Shown: positions 20,400-27,920 of the stretch, piece after piece
Layout of the letters: each line of letters begins with the position of its first letter
Numbering within the stretch: the first letter of the stretch is position 1
From: a virus
Lineage: Duplodnaviria; Caudoviricetes
DNA: 37,068 nucleotides
Virus record (IMG/VR): IMGVR_UViG_3300008217_005050
Span: 1-37,068 of that record
Direction: 5' to 3' (one strand)
The notes under the pieces: model-generated
What the model saw: only the letters and a program-made list of their open reading frames with translations
Database searches by the model: none
What the model was told of the DNA's origin: nothing
Translations under genes and position numbers: made by a program

Positions 20400-20867
20400 C
20401 TAATACAAGTCATCAAACAGACCAGGTTGTAAATTGTTAAACCTTTGGTCCGTTGCTGGACTACCACCAATCTGATTAATTAAGCTGTTTAGCTTTCGCC
20501 AATCATCGTTGTACTGAGCCACTTCAGGACGATTCTTATGCTGTGCGCCATTGCGGCCAACTGTTGTATAGGTCCAACCAACATTTTCTTGGTCTAAGAA
20601 CGCTTTTGTTTCTTCCATGCGAGCGATAACAACACAGTACTCTCTAAAGAACCGTGTGAAGTGCGGTTTAAAACGATTAATTTTCACATAAGCCGGAACA
20701 TCCATTTCCCACACTTTTTGTTCAGGTTTTGACATACCACGCGGACGCGATTGGATCGCGATTTTTTTCGCTTCCTTATCGCTCATTTCCGCTTTTTCTT
20801 CGGTACCAGGAAACTGAACGACCTTATCGTCATTCTTTTCTGCTACTGATGGGTATCTACCTGACAT
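20400..20867 (-). CDS. terS: Terminase small subunit (P27 family)
   Basis: Adjacent to terL; YC...A, KNRP and IG.SPA motifs. Confidence 0.85.
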   Translation of the reverse strand: MSGRYPSVAEKNDDKVVQFPGTEEKAEMSDKEAKKIAIQSRPRGMSKPEQKVWEMDVPAYVKINRFKPHFTRFFREYCVVIARMEETKAFLDQENVGWTYTTVGRNGAQHKNRPEVAQYNDDWRKLNSLINQIGGSPATDQRFNNLQPGLFDDLY

Positions 20868-20929
20868 AAACTAGCTAACTCTCTATAAAGTGGGCTTTTT
20901 CATTTCATTTATAGCCCGCATAAAAATCT

Positions 20930-20980
20930 CATTAGGGCGGCGGTGTACAGAGCCTCCCCCTAGACTTTTGATGCCCCCGG
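20930..20980 (-). other. Candidate cos site (HK97-type 3' overhang)
   Basis: Between HNH and terS; minus strand GGGGGCATCAAAAGT...ACCGCCGCCCTA resembles the HK97 cos CGCCGCCAAA. Confidence 0.55.
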
Positions 20981-21337
20981 GTGAGTGCTGTGTCTTGACT
21001 CACTTGCCGTCTTTTCTTTGTCACAAGACTGGCAAATGGTCTGAAGGTTTTCTATTTTGTCATCGCCGCCTTGAGACAAGGGAACGATATGATCACATAC
21101 CCCATGGTAAGGGCCATGCAGCTCAACTGATGTAAGTACTCCTTTGCTCTTACATATCTGGCAAAGGAAGTTATCGCGATGAAATATATATTCTCTTGTT
21201 CGTTGCCACACACGACCACCACGACCTGATTGCTGATGATTATCACGCTTGCGACCAAATGCTTTGCGGTGTGGACAAGGCTCGTCATGATGTACCTTGC
21301 GACACTTACTACACCAACTACCAGGTTTGTTAGCCAT
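20960..21337 (-). CDS. HNH endonuclease (HK97 gp74-like packaging cofactor)
   Basis: RD.FLCQ.C, DHIVP..QGG and NLQ..C..C...KT motifs; upstream of terS. Confidence 0.93.
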   Translation of the reverse strand: MANKPGSWCSKCRKVHHDEPCPHRKAFGRKRDNHQQSGRGGRVWQRTREYIFHRDNFLCQICKSKGVLTSVELHGPYHGVCDHIVPLSQGGDDKIENLQTICQSCDKEKTASESRHSTHPGASKV

Positions 21338-21623
21338 CTATGTTGTCCTGGCATAACAGCTGTGCATGGTCGCTTTGCTGTAGTGCTTCCATTCTTGCTC
21401 GATGGAACTCTCTATCATCTTCATGCTTACGCGCTTCACGTTCGTCACGCTTATGTTGAAACCACGCATTAACTAAGAATGTTAATGCTGCGAATATAAT
21501 CCCCAGTAATATAGCCCACTCATTCAAGCTAAATATCCCTCCAGCTGCAGTGCCTAAGCTTGCGCTGTAGGTCGTTACACTGACGGCCTTTTGCATAGCT
21601 ATATCACTTGTTTCTATTCGCAT
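21330..21623 (-). CDS. Holin (HP1/pinholin-like)
   Basis: SLNEWAILLGIIFAALTFLVNAWF transmembrane segment with a charged C-terminal tail; within the lysis cassette. Confidence 0.8.
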   Translation of the reverse strand: MRIETSDIAMQKAVSVTTYSASLGTAAGGIFSLNEWAILLGIIFAALTFLVNAWFQHKRDEREARKHEDDREFHRARMEALQQSDHAQLLCQDNIDG

Positions 21624-21888
21624 TGTTCCACTCTCGCGCTCTTAATAGCTGCTCATTGCAGGTATCAATAACGGTCTCTAAATACACTGTGTACTGACTG
21701 TGGGATGTATTGTCTCCAACAGCTTGAATACTAACCTCACAAGGTTTAATGAACTCGTTAGGCATCTGTACAAACTTATACTCAGTTTGTACGACTGTTT
21801 TGATTACAGGCTCTAGCGTTGGCGTACTTGAACACGCTGATAACAGCGCTAGGCACACAGTCATTAGCCCAGTTCTTAGTTGTTTCAT
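21604..21888 (-). CDS. o-spanin (Rz1-like lipoprotein)
   Basis: Lipobox LLSA-C; overlaps the 3' end of Rz; P....PC and CN..L motifs. Confidence 0.85.
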   Translation of the reverse strand: MKQLRTGLMTVCLALLSACSSTPTLEPVIKTVVQTEYKFVQMPNEFIKPCEVSIQAVGDNTSHSQYTVYLETVIDTCNEQLLRAREWNNANRNK

Positions 21889-22210
21889 TAGTCGATAGCC
21901 TTAATGCATCAAGTTGTGAGTTAGTTGTTTGAAGCTTATTTTCGATAGAGGTAAGTTGTGCTTGGTGCTTTGCACGAATTTGTTCTAGTAAAGTGCGCTC
22001 TTCTAGTAATCGCTTATTTTGCTTCTCAGCATTCACTAAGTTATTAGCCAGCATCTCAACCTGATTCTTATAGCTTTGAATAGTGCCGAGTAGCTGTTTG
22101 TTACTATCACGCGCTTCATCAAGCTCAGCGCTAACGCCCACATATCGAAACACTGATATCGCAAGCATCACCCCCAAGCCTGAAAACAATACCTTGTTTA
22201 AACTAAACAT
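21782..22210 (-). CDS. i-spanin (Rz-like)
   Basis: N-terminal transmembrane helix, coiled coil, C-terminal WA...VP..V motif. Confidence 0.85.
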   Translation of the reverse strand: MFSLNKVLFSGLGVMLAISVFRYVGVSAELDEARDSNKQLLGTIQSYKNQVEMLANNLVNAEKQNKRLLEERTLLEQIRAKHQAQLTSIENKLQTTNSQLDALRLSTNETTKNWANDCVPSAVISVFKYANARACNQNSRTN

Positions 22211-22676
22211 CGCTAAGCTCGCTTAAGCATAACTGGCGCTCTGCTTCACGGCGCTTAATTAAGCCTGGTAACTTCTGACCATCAGCGTAAACCCAACGCG
22301 ATAACTCATTACACGCTTTCACTCGTTGGCCATTGTTCAATAGTTTTAATAACGTGCTACTACGAAAGTTCCCAGCACCCACGTTGTAATGAAATGACAA
22401 GTAAGCAGCATGTTCGCTTGCTGACATTGATACGCTAACTGCTCTTAGCAGCTGCTTGTTATGTTCGCCTAAGTCTTTAGCAAACAAACTTAAACATTCG
22501 TTCTCTGTGTAGTTCTTGCCAAGCTCCGCTGTCGCTGTGTGGCCAAAGCAAGCGGTAACCACACCAACAGCATCTACATAGCCCGTTCTTACCTCACCTT
22601 CAAACTGTGCAATCGTAACGCCTGCAAGCGCAAGTACACCGGTAACACCAGCGGCTAATAGCTTGTTTACTTTCAT
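22203..22676 (-). CDS. Endolysin, GH24 lysozyme with SAR-like N-terminus
   Basis: FEG..YVD..G..T.C.GH catalytic region and YNVG..NF..ST; Gly/Ala-rich weakly hydrophobic N-terminus; likely start 22676 with SD GAGG. Confidence 0.93.
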   Translation of the reverse strand: MKVNKLLAAGVTGVLALAGVTIAQFEGEVRTGYVDAVGVVTACFGHTATAELGKNYTENECLSLFAKDLGEHNKQLLRAVSVSMSASEHAAYLSFHYNVGAGNFRSSTLLKLLNNGQRVKACNELSRWVYADGQKLPGLIKRREAERQLCLSELSDV

Positions 22677-22690
22677 AGGGGCCTCAAACG

Positions 22691-22722
22691 AAAAAACCCG
22701 CTCAGGCAAAGCCAAAGCGGGT
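22691..22722 (-). terminator. Second late-leader terminator
   Basis: Minus strand ACCCGCT..AGCGGGTTTTTT. Confidence 0.7.
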
Positions 22723-22754
22723 CAACAACAGGAACGTGAGCTAAAAGCAGAAAC

Positions 22755-22785
22755 AAAAAAGCCCGAGGCGTTAACCTCGGGCTTT
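22755..22785 (-). terminator. tR'-like late-leader terminator
   Basis: Minus strand AAAGCCCGAGG-TTAACG-CCTCGGGCTTTTTT. Confidence 0.9.
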
Positions 22786-22802
22786 ATGTTGTAGCTTTGC
22801 TA

Positions 22803-22844
22803 AGCTTACCTGAATTAGTATAGTTTCTGTCCGGACAAAAGCAA
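22803..22844 (-). promoter_or_regulatory. Late promoter pR'-like with candidate Q-binding element and sigma pause element
   Basis: TTGCTT-16-TATACT; palindrome TGTCCGGACA in the spacer; downstream -10-like TAAGCT. Confidence 0.7.
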
Positions 22845-22863
22845 TAGTTTTTGAAAAAAAGAT

Positions 22864-23223
22864 CTAGGCCGCTTTGATAAGATCGCTAGCAACCCAGCTA
22901 ACTATCTCACCCACTATAGAAGAAACCTTTGTTTTATTAATTTTAGTGCTCTGTGCGATCACTCTACAGCTCAGACCCAAGCTAAAGTACTGGCGAGCAA
23001 TAAGCGGGTAAGTAGGATCTAAATGCCGCATTCTCGCAATACTGGCATCGAGTACTTGCGCATAGTCATCTTTAATCACTAAAGGGCAACCGTTAATATC
23101 TAGCTTCACTGAACGCGACGTAACGAGGTTCTGAGACTTAAGCGTTGGTAAGTTCTTCTCTCTAGCCCAAAGCCCCCATTGTGCTAAATCGTTTTCTGCC
23201 TGTTCTCTTAGATCTAATTGCAT
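22864..23223 (-). CDS. Q: Late antiterminator Q
   Basis: L..WG.WA N-terminus, I.DD.A..LD..IA and C-terminal HTH; directly upstream of the late promoter and terminators. Confidence 0.85.
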   Translation of the reverse strand: MQLDLREQAENDLAQWGLWAREKNLPTLKSQNLVTSRSVKLDINGCPLVIKDDYAQVLDASIARMRHLDPTYPLIARQYFSLGLSCRVIAQSTKINKTKVSSIVGEIVSWVASDLIKAA

Positions 23224-23263
23224 CTTACATCCCCACCGTATTGCTAATAACTTTAAAACTGTT

Positions 23264-23530
23264 TTGGTCACCCTGTTTTTTACCGTGACCACCCACCGTG
23301 ACCGCTACAACCCTTATAAATACTACTATGGTCATACTGGTCATAGTGGTCATAGTGTTTTTACATACATTAGGAAGTAACATTATTAAATAGAATATAG
23401 ATATCAGATGCGTCCGCTCGCACGCGCGCGCGTATGTGTGCGTGAAAACACCGTGACCACCGTGACCACCATGACCAATCCAGCAAACACGCGGCTTGCA
23501 GAGGTCACCCCCTGCGGTCATGGTCATAGT
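23264..23530. repeat. Candidate replication origin with RTGACC iterons in both orientations
   Basis: TGGTCATAS x3 (23329-23355), CCRTGACCA x3 (23451-23477) and further copies, flanking an AT-rich tract and a CGCGCGCG run; just downstream of the helicase. Confidence 0.75.
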
Positions 23531-23537
23531 AAAAACA

Positions 23538-24896
23538 CTATCTAGCATCCCAAAAGCCCTCCGGCGGGTAATAAAAGGCAGGTCGTTTGCCATTTACGCG
23601 CTTTTTCTTTTTCTCAAAACCAAGGCGATGCATAATTTGGCCAACACGTTTTTGTTCAGGTGGACGCATAGCATGTGGGTCCATACTCAATGCTTCCCCC
23701 ATAATGTCAGCGATTGAATAATCAACACGTCTGTTCTTTTGTAGCCAATCATAAATAAGCCCCTCCCATACATCGGAGTCGAACCTATCCTCTTGCTGCT
23801 CTTCAAATAGATGTTTGTATTCATCAGTAGGCCACCAAGGTGTCCCCTCATTTAATAAGTGAACCGCCTCTGCCCATAACTGATCTCTATCTCGCTTTAT
23901 GGCCTCTTGGCATATCTTTGTACACATCACAGGCCAATAGCGCCGGTTACCCGTTGAGTCTTTTAAATACCTATCTTGGTTTGTGGTACCAATAAAAACA
24001 CACTGCCGCGGGAACTCTTGCACCATGCGCCCATAACTAGGGCGATACCTATCAACCTGCGAACCAAAGAACTGTTTAGCTTTGGTGTTTTCAGCCTTAT
24101 TAAACGCATCAAGCTCTGCAAGCTCAATTCCCCACATCCCCTGCATTTGTTGAAACGTATCTTTTTCACCTAACGCCATCGGGGTATCAGTAAACCAATC
24201 ACCAAATAGGTTGTGGCACATTGTCGATTTACCCAACCCCTGCAAGCCCTCTAAAATCAACACCGAGTCAACTTTTACAGGTGGCCGCATTACCCGAACT
24301 ACAGCAGAAACCAAAAAGAATGTGCCAACCATGGCCGCATAATCAGAGTCTTCTACTCCTAAGTAGTCATGCAACCACATAGCCACTCGCGGCTTACCAT
24401 CCCACGTTATTGACGTTAGATAGTCTTGAACGGGATGAAAGGCATGCTCTTCTGAATGAACCAAAATAGCACCAAGTACATCACTGGGTTTAGGTGTAAA
24501 ACCATAGCTTTCAGATAAGTAAATTCGTAAGCGCTCGGTATCGGCATCTGTCCATTCACCAAGCTTTGCCATTTTAAACGGTGGCAACTTACGCTTAATG
24601 ATCCGATAGCTAAAATTGCAATAACCTAAAACACCATCAAAAGCAGGATCGTGTTCTAAAACCAACTTTGTATTACTGATATTCGCTTGTGGATTGCCAG
24701 CATTCGTTCTTTGGAAAAGCCGTTGCCACGGCTCATCCCCCAGTGAACGCTCCCGCGCGTTAGCGTTTTTCGGCGGCGGGTTATCACCATCATTAGCGCT
24801 AGGCTTATCAACAACAGCAGATAGCTGCTTTTTAACCTCAGCTAAACCAGCACTTACATGTAAGTCATTCCAATCTGTTAAAGAACGTGAGGCCAT
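23538..24896 (-). CDS. VapE/VirE-family P-loop NTPase (putative replicative helicase)
   Basis: FHPV.DYL...WDG.PR, Walker A GLQGLGKST, ELAEL, R..YGR and GTTN...YL.D.TGNRRYW motifs; SD AAGGAGG. Confidence 0.92.
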   Translation of the reverse strand: MASRSLTDWNDLHVSAGLAEVKKQLSAVVDKPSANDGDNPPPKNANARERSLGDEPWQRLFQRTNAGNPQANISNTKLVLEHDPAFDGVLGYCNFSYRIIKRKLPPFKMAKLGEWTDADTERLRIYLSESYGFTPKPSDVLGAILVHSEEHAFHPVQDYLTSITWDGKPRVAMWLHDYLGVEDSDYAAMVGTFFLVSAVVRVMRPPVKVDSVLILEGLQGLGKSTMCHNLFGDWFTDTPMALGEKDTFQQMQGMWGIELAELDAFNKAENTKAKQFFGSQVDRYRPSYGRMVQEFPRQCVFIGTTNQDRYLKDSTGNRRYWPVMCTKICQEAIKRDRDQLWAEAVHLLNEGTPWWPTDEYKHLFEEQQEDRFDSDVWEGLIYDWLQKNRRVDYSIADIMGEALSMDPHAMRPPEQKRVGQIMHRLGFEKKKKRVNGKRPAFYYPPEGFWDAR

Positions 24897-25942
24897 CAAG
24901 CAGCCTCCTTATTTAAAATACCAGAAAAATCTGGTGCAGCAACAAGGCCATTTACCGCAGCTGCTGCTTCATTCGCTTTTGTTATACCAGGATTACCCTT
25001 TGTATTAACGTCGTTATCTGCACAAAACAAAAAGGTCTTATCTTTTAGCTTTTCTGCAAATGCCAAAGCCACAGGTAATAAATTACCCGCATCGAGCGCC
25101 ACCGCACACGGCCAACCAGTCGCCATATGAATGCTAGCGCCCGTTGCATACCCTTCACAAACAGCCAAAATATTACAGCTACTTGCTTTACCAATAAAAT
25201 GAAACAGCCCTGATTTACGGCCATGCTTTAAAAACAACTTGGTACCGGTATTGTTGATTACTTGGATGTTCCAAATTTGCTTATTAATATCAATAAGGGG
25301 TATGGCCAGACTGCCACGCTTGATATGTAAAAACGAAAAGTCGCGCTCTTCATCTTTGGGTAATGCTTCAAAAAACAGCCTTATTGCCTTAGGACCCTCA
25401 ACAATCTCAGTCGTAAAATTATCCCGTATGATCAAAACAAACGACTTCTTAAAGCCCAGCACACCAAACGCATGTACTTTTTTATCGCTTAAGTACTTAT
25501 TTGATTTTATCGGTATAGTGAAGTTTTCAATAATGTATTTGGAAAAGTCACTAATTACCCCATGCCAACGCTGGCGCGCTGCTTCCTCTTCTGCTTCTTT
25601 CGCTTCGCGCTCTTTTGCTCGTTTAGCGTAATCAGCGTTGAGTTTGGCTTGTTGCTCAGCCGTCATAGGTTCTCGGCTAAATGTAAAGCCCTTATCTTTA
25701 GCCATGCCGATTACAGTACCAATCGTAACACCGCCACCCGCTTTTACGCTGCGCCACATGCTTTTAACATCGCTTGGCTTATAACGTTCACCGCCAGCGC
25801 TCCACGAATCAAAAATATCAAAGCCCGCATCAGCAAACTCATTTTTAATGCCCATGGCAATTCTAACCCAGGTATCACGATCTAAATTTGGGTCAAGATA
25901 CTGCAAAGCGTCTTGTACATCTTGTAGCGTTGCCTGCTGCAT
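24896..25942 (-). CDS. DNA primase (PriCT-2 plus Toprim)
   Basis: N-terminal D.W...AM..K....GF..FD.WS; CEGYATG.S, A.DAGNL and CADND motifs; likely start ATG 25942 with SD ACAGGA. Confidence 0.92.
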   Translation of the reverse strand: MQQATLQDVQDALQYLDPNLDRDTWVRIAMGIKNEFADAGFDIFDSWSAGGERYKPSDVKSMWRSVKAGGGVTIGTVIGMAKDKGFTFSREPMTAEQQAKLNADYAKRAKEREAKEAEEEAARQRWHGVISDFSKYIIENFTIPIKSNKYLSDKKVHAFGVLGFKKSFVLIIRDNFTTEIVEGPKAIRLFFEALPKDEERDFSFLHIKRGSLAIPLIDINKQIWNIQVINNTGTKLFLKHGRKSGLFHFIGKASSCNILAVCEGYATGASIHMATGWPCAVALDAGNLLPVALAFAEKLKDKTFLFCADNDVNTKGNPGITKANEAAAAVNGLVAAPDFSGILNKEAA

Positions 25943-26021
25943 AATTAAAATTCCTGTTAAAAAACGCTTCCCTAAATTAGTATGTTTAGCGACCAAACCA
26001 ACAAACTAAAATAAGGAAGCT
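25930..26021. repeat. 92-bp direct repeat, copy 1 (hairpin with divergent translation starts)
   Basis: Identical to 26586-26677 by direct comparison. Confidence 0.97.
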
Positions 26022-26025
26022 GAAT

Positions 26026-26265
26026 ATGTATAAATACCGTCTTTACTACTTGTGTGGAGAGGGAGACATGACCCCAAAAACATATACATCAACTAACCCT
26101 GTGCAAGTGGGTGATGTGATTGAACTTGAAAATGGTTTTTATCATCAAGTAACTCAGGTTCTTCAACAAAAGACAGGCGTTCGCCTTGATCTGTCCAAAT
26201 CTGCTCAATCTGCTGATGAGGCAGAACTTCTAAGAGAGCAACTAGAACACCCCCTAAAGTTCTAG
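26026..26265 (+). CDS. Counter-oriented accessory (moron-like) hypothetical protein
   Basis: 79 aa; SD AAGGA supplied by the repeat. Confidence 0.75.
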   Translation: MYKYRLYYLCGEGDMTPKTYTSTNPVQVGDVIELENGFYHQVTQVLQQKTGVRLDLSKSAQSADEAELLREQLEHPLKF

Positions 26266-26515
26266 CAGCCTCTTTCGAGACTTCTAATTCACTAAATTTT
26301 GTCAGCGGCCACATAAGTCTTGCTTGTGTATCAACACCAGCCTGATGAATTCCCATACTACTTACCCAAACAGCAGCCCTAACCTTTTGTTCTAATGTCG
26401 GCTTTGGTACAACGACTTTAAGTTCGTGTAGCTTGCCAGGGTTAGGGTTCAACAAATTAGCCAACACAACAGGATTGATATTGCGTAATTTTTCTAATAG
26501 CTCAATTTCAGTCAT
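26093..26515 (-). CDS. Hypothetical protein whose 3' part overlaps the plus-strand gene
   Basis: SD GAGG and ATGA coupling to the upstream mini-ORF. Confidence 0.6.
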   Translation of the reverse strand: MTEIELLEKLRNINPVVLANLLNPNPGKLHELKVVVPKPTLEQKVRAAVWVSSMGIHQAGVDTQARLMWPLTKFSELEVSKEAARTLGGVLVALLEVLPHQQIEQIWTDQGERLSFVEEPELLDDKNHFQVQSHHPLAQG

Positions 26516-26598
26516 TTTGATGCCTCACGGTTTTCAATCAACTCAACAGACTCTGTCAGAGTTGTTCTCTTTACATCATCTAACATTGCCTGCTGCAT
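26512..26598 (-). CDS. 28-aa mini-ORF beginning like the primase (MQQAMLDDVK...)
   Basis: Hand-translated; starts from the repeat's SD/ATG and its stop overlaps the next ATG. Confidence 0.55.
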   Translation of the reverse strand: MQQAMLDDVKRTTLTESVELIENREASK

Positions 26599-26677
26599 AA
26601 TTAAAATTCCTGTTAAAAAACGCTTCCCTAAATTAGTATGTTTAGCGACCAAACCAACAAACTAAAATAAGGAAGCT
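26586..26677. repeat. 92-bp direct repeat, copy 2
   Basis: Identical to 25930-26021. Confidence 0.97.
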
Positions 26678-26679
26678 AA

Positions 26680-27120
26680 ATGTCGATATCACTAGACCCA
26701 CAAAATAAGTTTGTCTTGATTAGTTCACTTGTTCTGCACCACACAGCAAAAGGCTTTCCCTTTGAAGTCGAATTAACTAATGAAAAGCTTGTGTCTTTTC
26801 TGTCAGAACATGGGATCAACCGGCTTATAGACAATTTAGAAGAAGTCTTTTTGCCAACGATTAATTGGCTTAAAGATGAAGGGTATATTCGTCTCGCAAT
26901 TGACAATGAAAACTCATACACCATTACTGAAAAAGGCTTAAAGGCTGCACAGTTCAAAGTAAAACAAGCACCAGGTTGGTTTAAGAAATATCTTGGAACC
27001 AAAGTTGATGATGAGTATTTCTTTAAATACGATGAACATGGATTCGGTATATCTAAATTGAAATGCACCGGTCCTGCCCTCAAGCTTTTACCAGAGAATT
27101 GGCTTTCGGCTGACGAATAA
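26680..27120 (+). CDS. Counter-oriented accessory protein, possible winged-helix domain
   Basis: 146 aa; WL..EGYI...Y.ITEKG pattern; SD supplied by the repeat. Confidence 0.75.
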   Translation: MSISLDPQNKFVLISSLVLHHTAKGFPFEVELTNEKLVSFLSEHGINRLIDNLEEVFLPTINWLKDEGYIRLAIDNENSYTITEKGLKAAQFKVKQAPGWFKKYLGTKVDDEYFFKYDEHGFGISKLKCTGPALKLLPENWLSADE

Positions 27121-27319
27121 CGGCTAGTCTTTTTTCTAAATTAGCTTTTTTTTCAGCTATACGCTCCAAGAGTTTTAATGTTTCATCTAAATTCTCTTGG
27201 AGTTGCTCTTCCCTTTCTTTTAAAAAATCAAAGTCTTCTTGAGTTAACCCAAACTGCTTTGTTTCACCTTTGATGTTAAAAGTTGCAACACCAATACATT
27301 CACATTTACCGTTATTCAT
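27080..27319 (-). CDS. Hypothetical coiled-coil protein
   Basis: 79 aa; SD ACAGGTG within the 66-bp repeat. Confidence 0.7.
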   Translation of the reverse strand: MNNGKCECIGVATFNIKGETKQFGLTQEDFDFLKEREEQLQENLDETLKLLERIAEKKANLEKRLAVIRQPKANSLVKA

Positions 27320-27382
27320 AAATCACCTGTATAAAAAACATATATTCGTTTAGCTAAATTCCCAGTTATTGATCGACTAATC
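27317..27382. repeat. 66/67-bp direct repeat, copy A
   Basis: Matches 27918-27984 with one indel in the A-run and two substitutions. Confidence 0.95.
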
Positions 27383-27584
27383 AAAGAACTTGCGCGCGAA
27401 ACTGATTAAATAGCTCATCACAGCTAATTAATTCTCTCGTATAAGGGAGTCTTACAAACGCTCCCTTGTAATTAGCGTCACATTCTTTAGCGCCTTGCTC
27501 AGCTGATTCTTTTATGTGAATTAGCAACTGATCTTTATTTGAAATCACATCTAAAACTGACTTATTTGTTTTATTGGTATGCAT
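27381..27584 (-). CDS. Hypothetical protein
   Basis: 67 aa with SD AAGGAG. Confidence 0.7.
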   Translation of the reverse strand: MHTNKTNKSVLDVISNKDQLLIHIKESAEQGAKECDANYKGAFVRLPYTRELISCDELFNQFRAQVL

Positions 27585-27608
27585 CTTATTAGCTCCTTAG
27601 GTTCCTGC

Positions 27609-27920
27609 TTATTCTTGTTCAGGTGCTGAAAGGCTTTGAGGTAAAAGCGCTTCATAATTTTTAGAAAACACAGCTTGCGCCATTTTTAAAAAGCTTTCTG
27701 TAGGGTAAGAAAATACTTGGATATGCATGTCAGATTTATGGAAATCCGTAATATGAAAGATCAAGTCGTTAGCTTGGTGCAGTTCTTCTATGCGCGTACT
27801 AACCAAGTTAGCAACATGCTTATCAAGTTTACTTAACGCCCCTTGCAAGCGTTCAATAAGCGGAATAACAGCATCGTTATCAACACTAAAATCTATTTTT
27901 ACGTCTGAGACCTGAGCCAT
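27609..27920 (-). CDS. Hypothetical protein in the cII position
   Basis: 103 aa; SD within the repeat; no CII motif recognised. Confidence 0.7.
   Translation of the reverse strand: MAQVSDVKIDFSVDNDAVIPLIERLQGALSKLDKHVANLVSTRIEELHQANDLIFHITDFHKSDMHIQVFSYPTESFLKMAQAVFSKNYEALLPQSLSAPEQE

Noticed and set aside
203-21472. Numerous short alternative-frame and antisense ORFs inside structural genes
   Set aside because: They are shadows of long, well-supported genes, with no recognisable motifs.
23225-23593. 122-aa minus-strand ORF (GHGGHGGHG and TMTTMTSMT repeats) spanning the origin
   Set aside because: The peptide repeats are just translated iterons. It does end 1 nt before the Q start, so incidental translation is not excluded.
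24890-24915. Frameshift fusing primase and VapE
   Set aside because: There is a TAA in the -1 frame five codons upstream of the ATG, no slippery site after it, and a strong independent SD.
22676-25996. Upstream starts in the ORF track for endolysin (22715), Q (23292) and primase (25996)
   Set aside because: They run through a terminator, the origin or the hairpin; the downstream ATGs have clear SD sequences.
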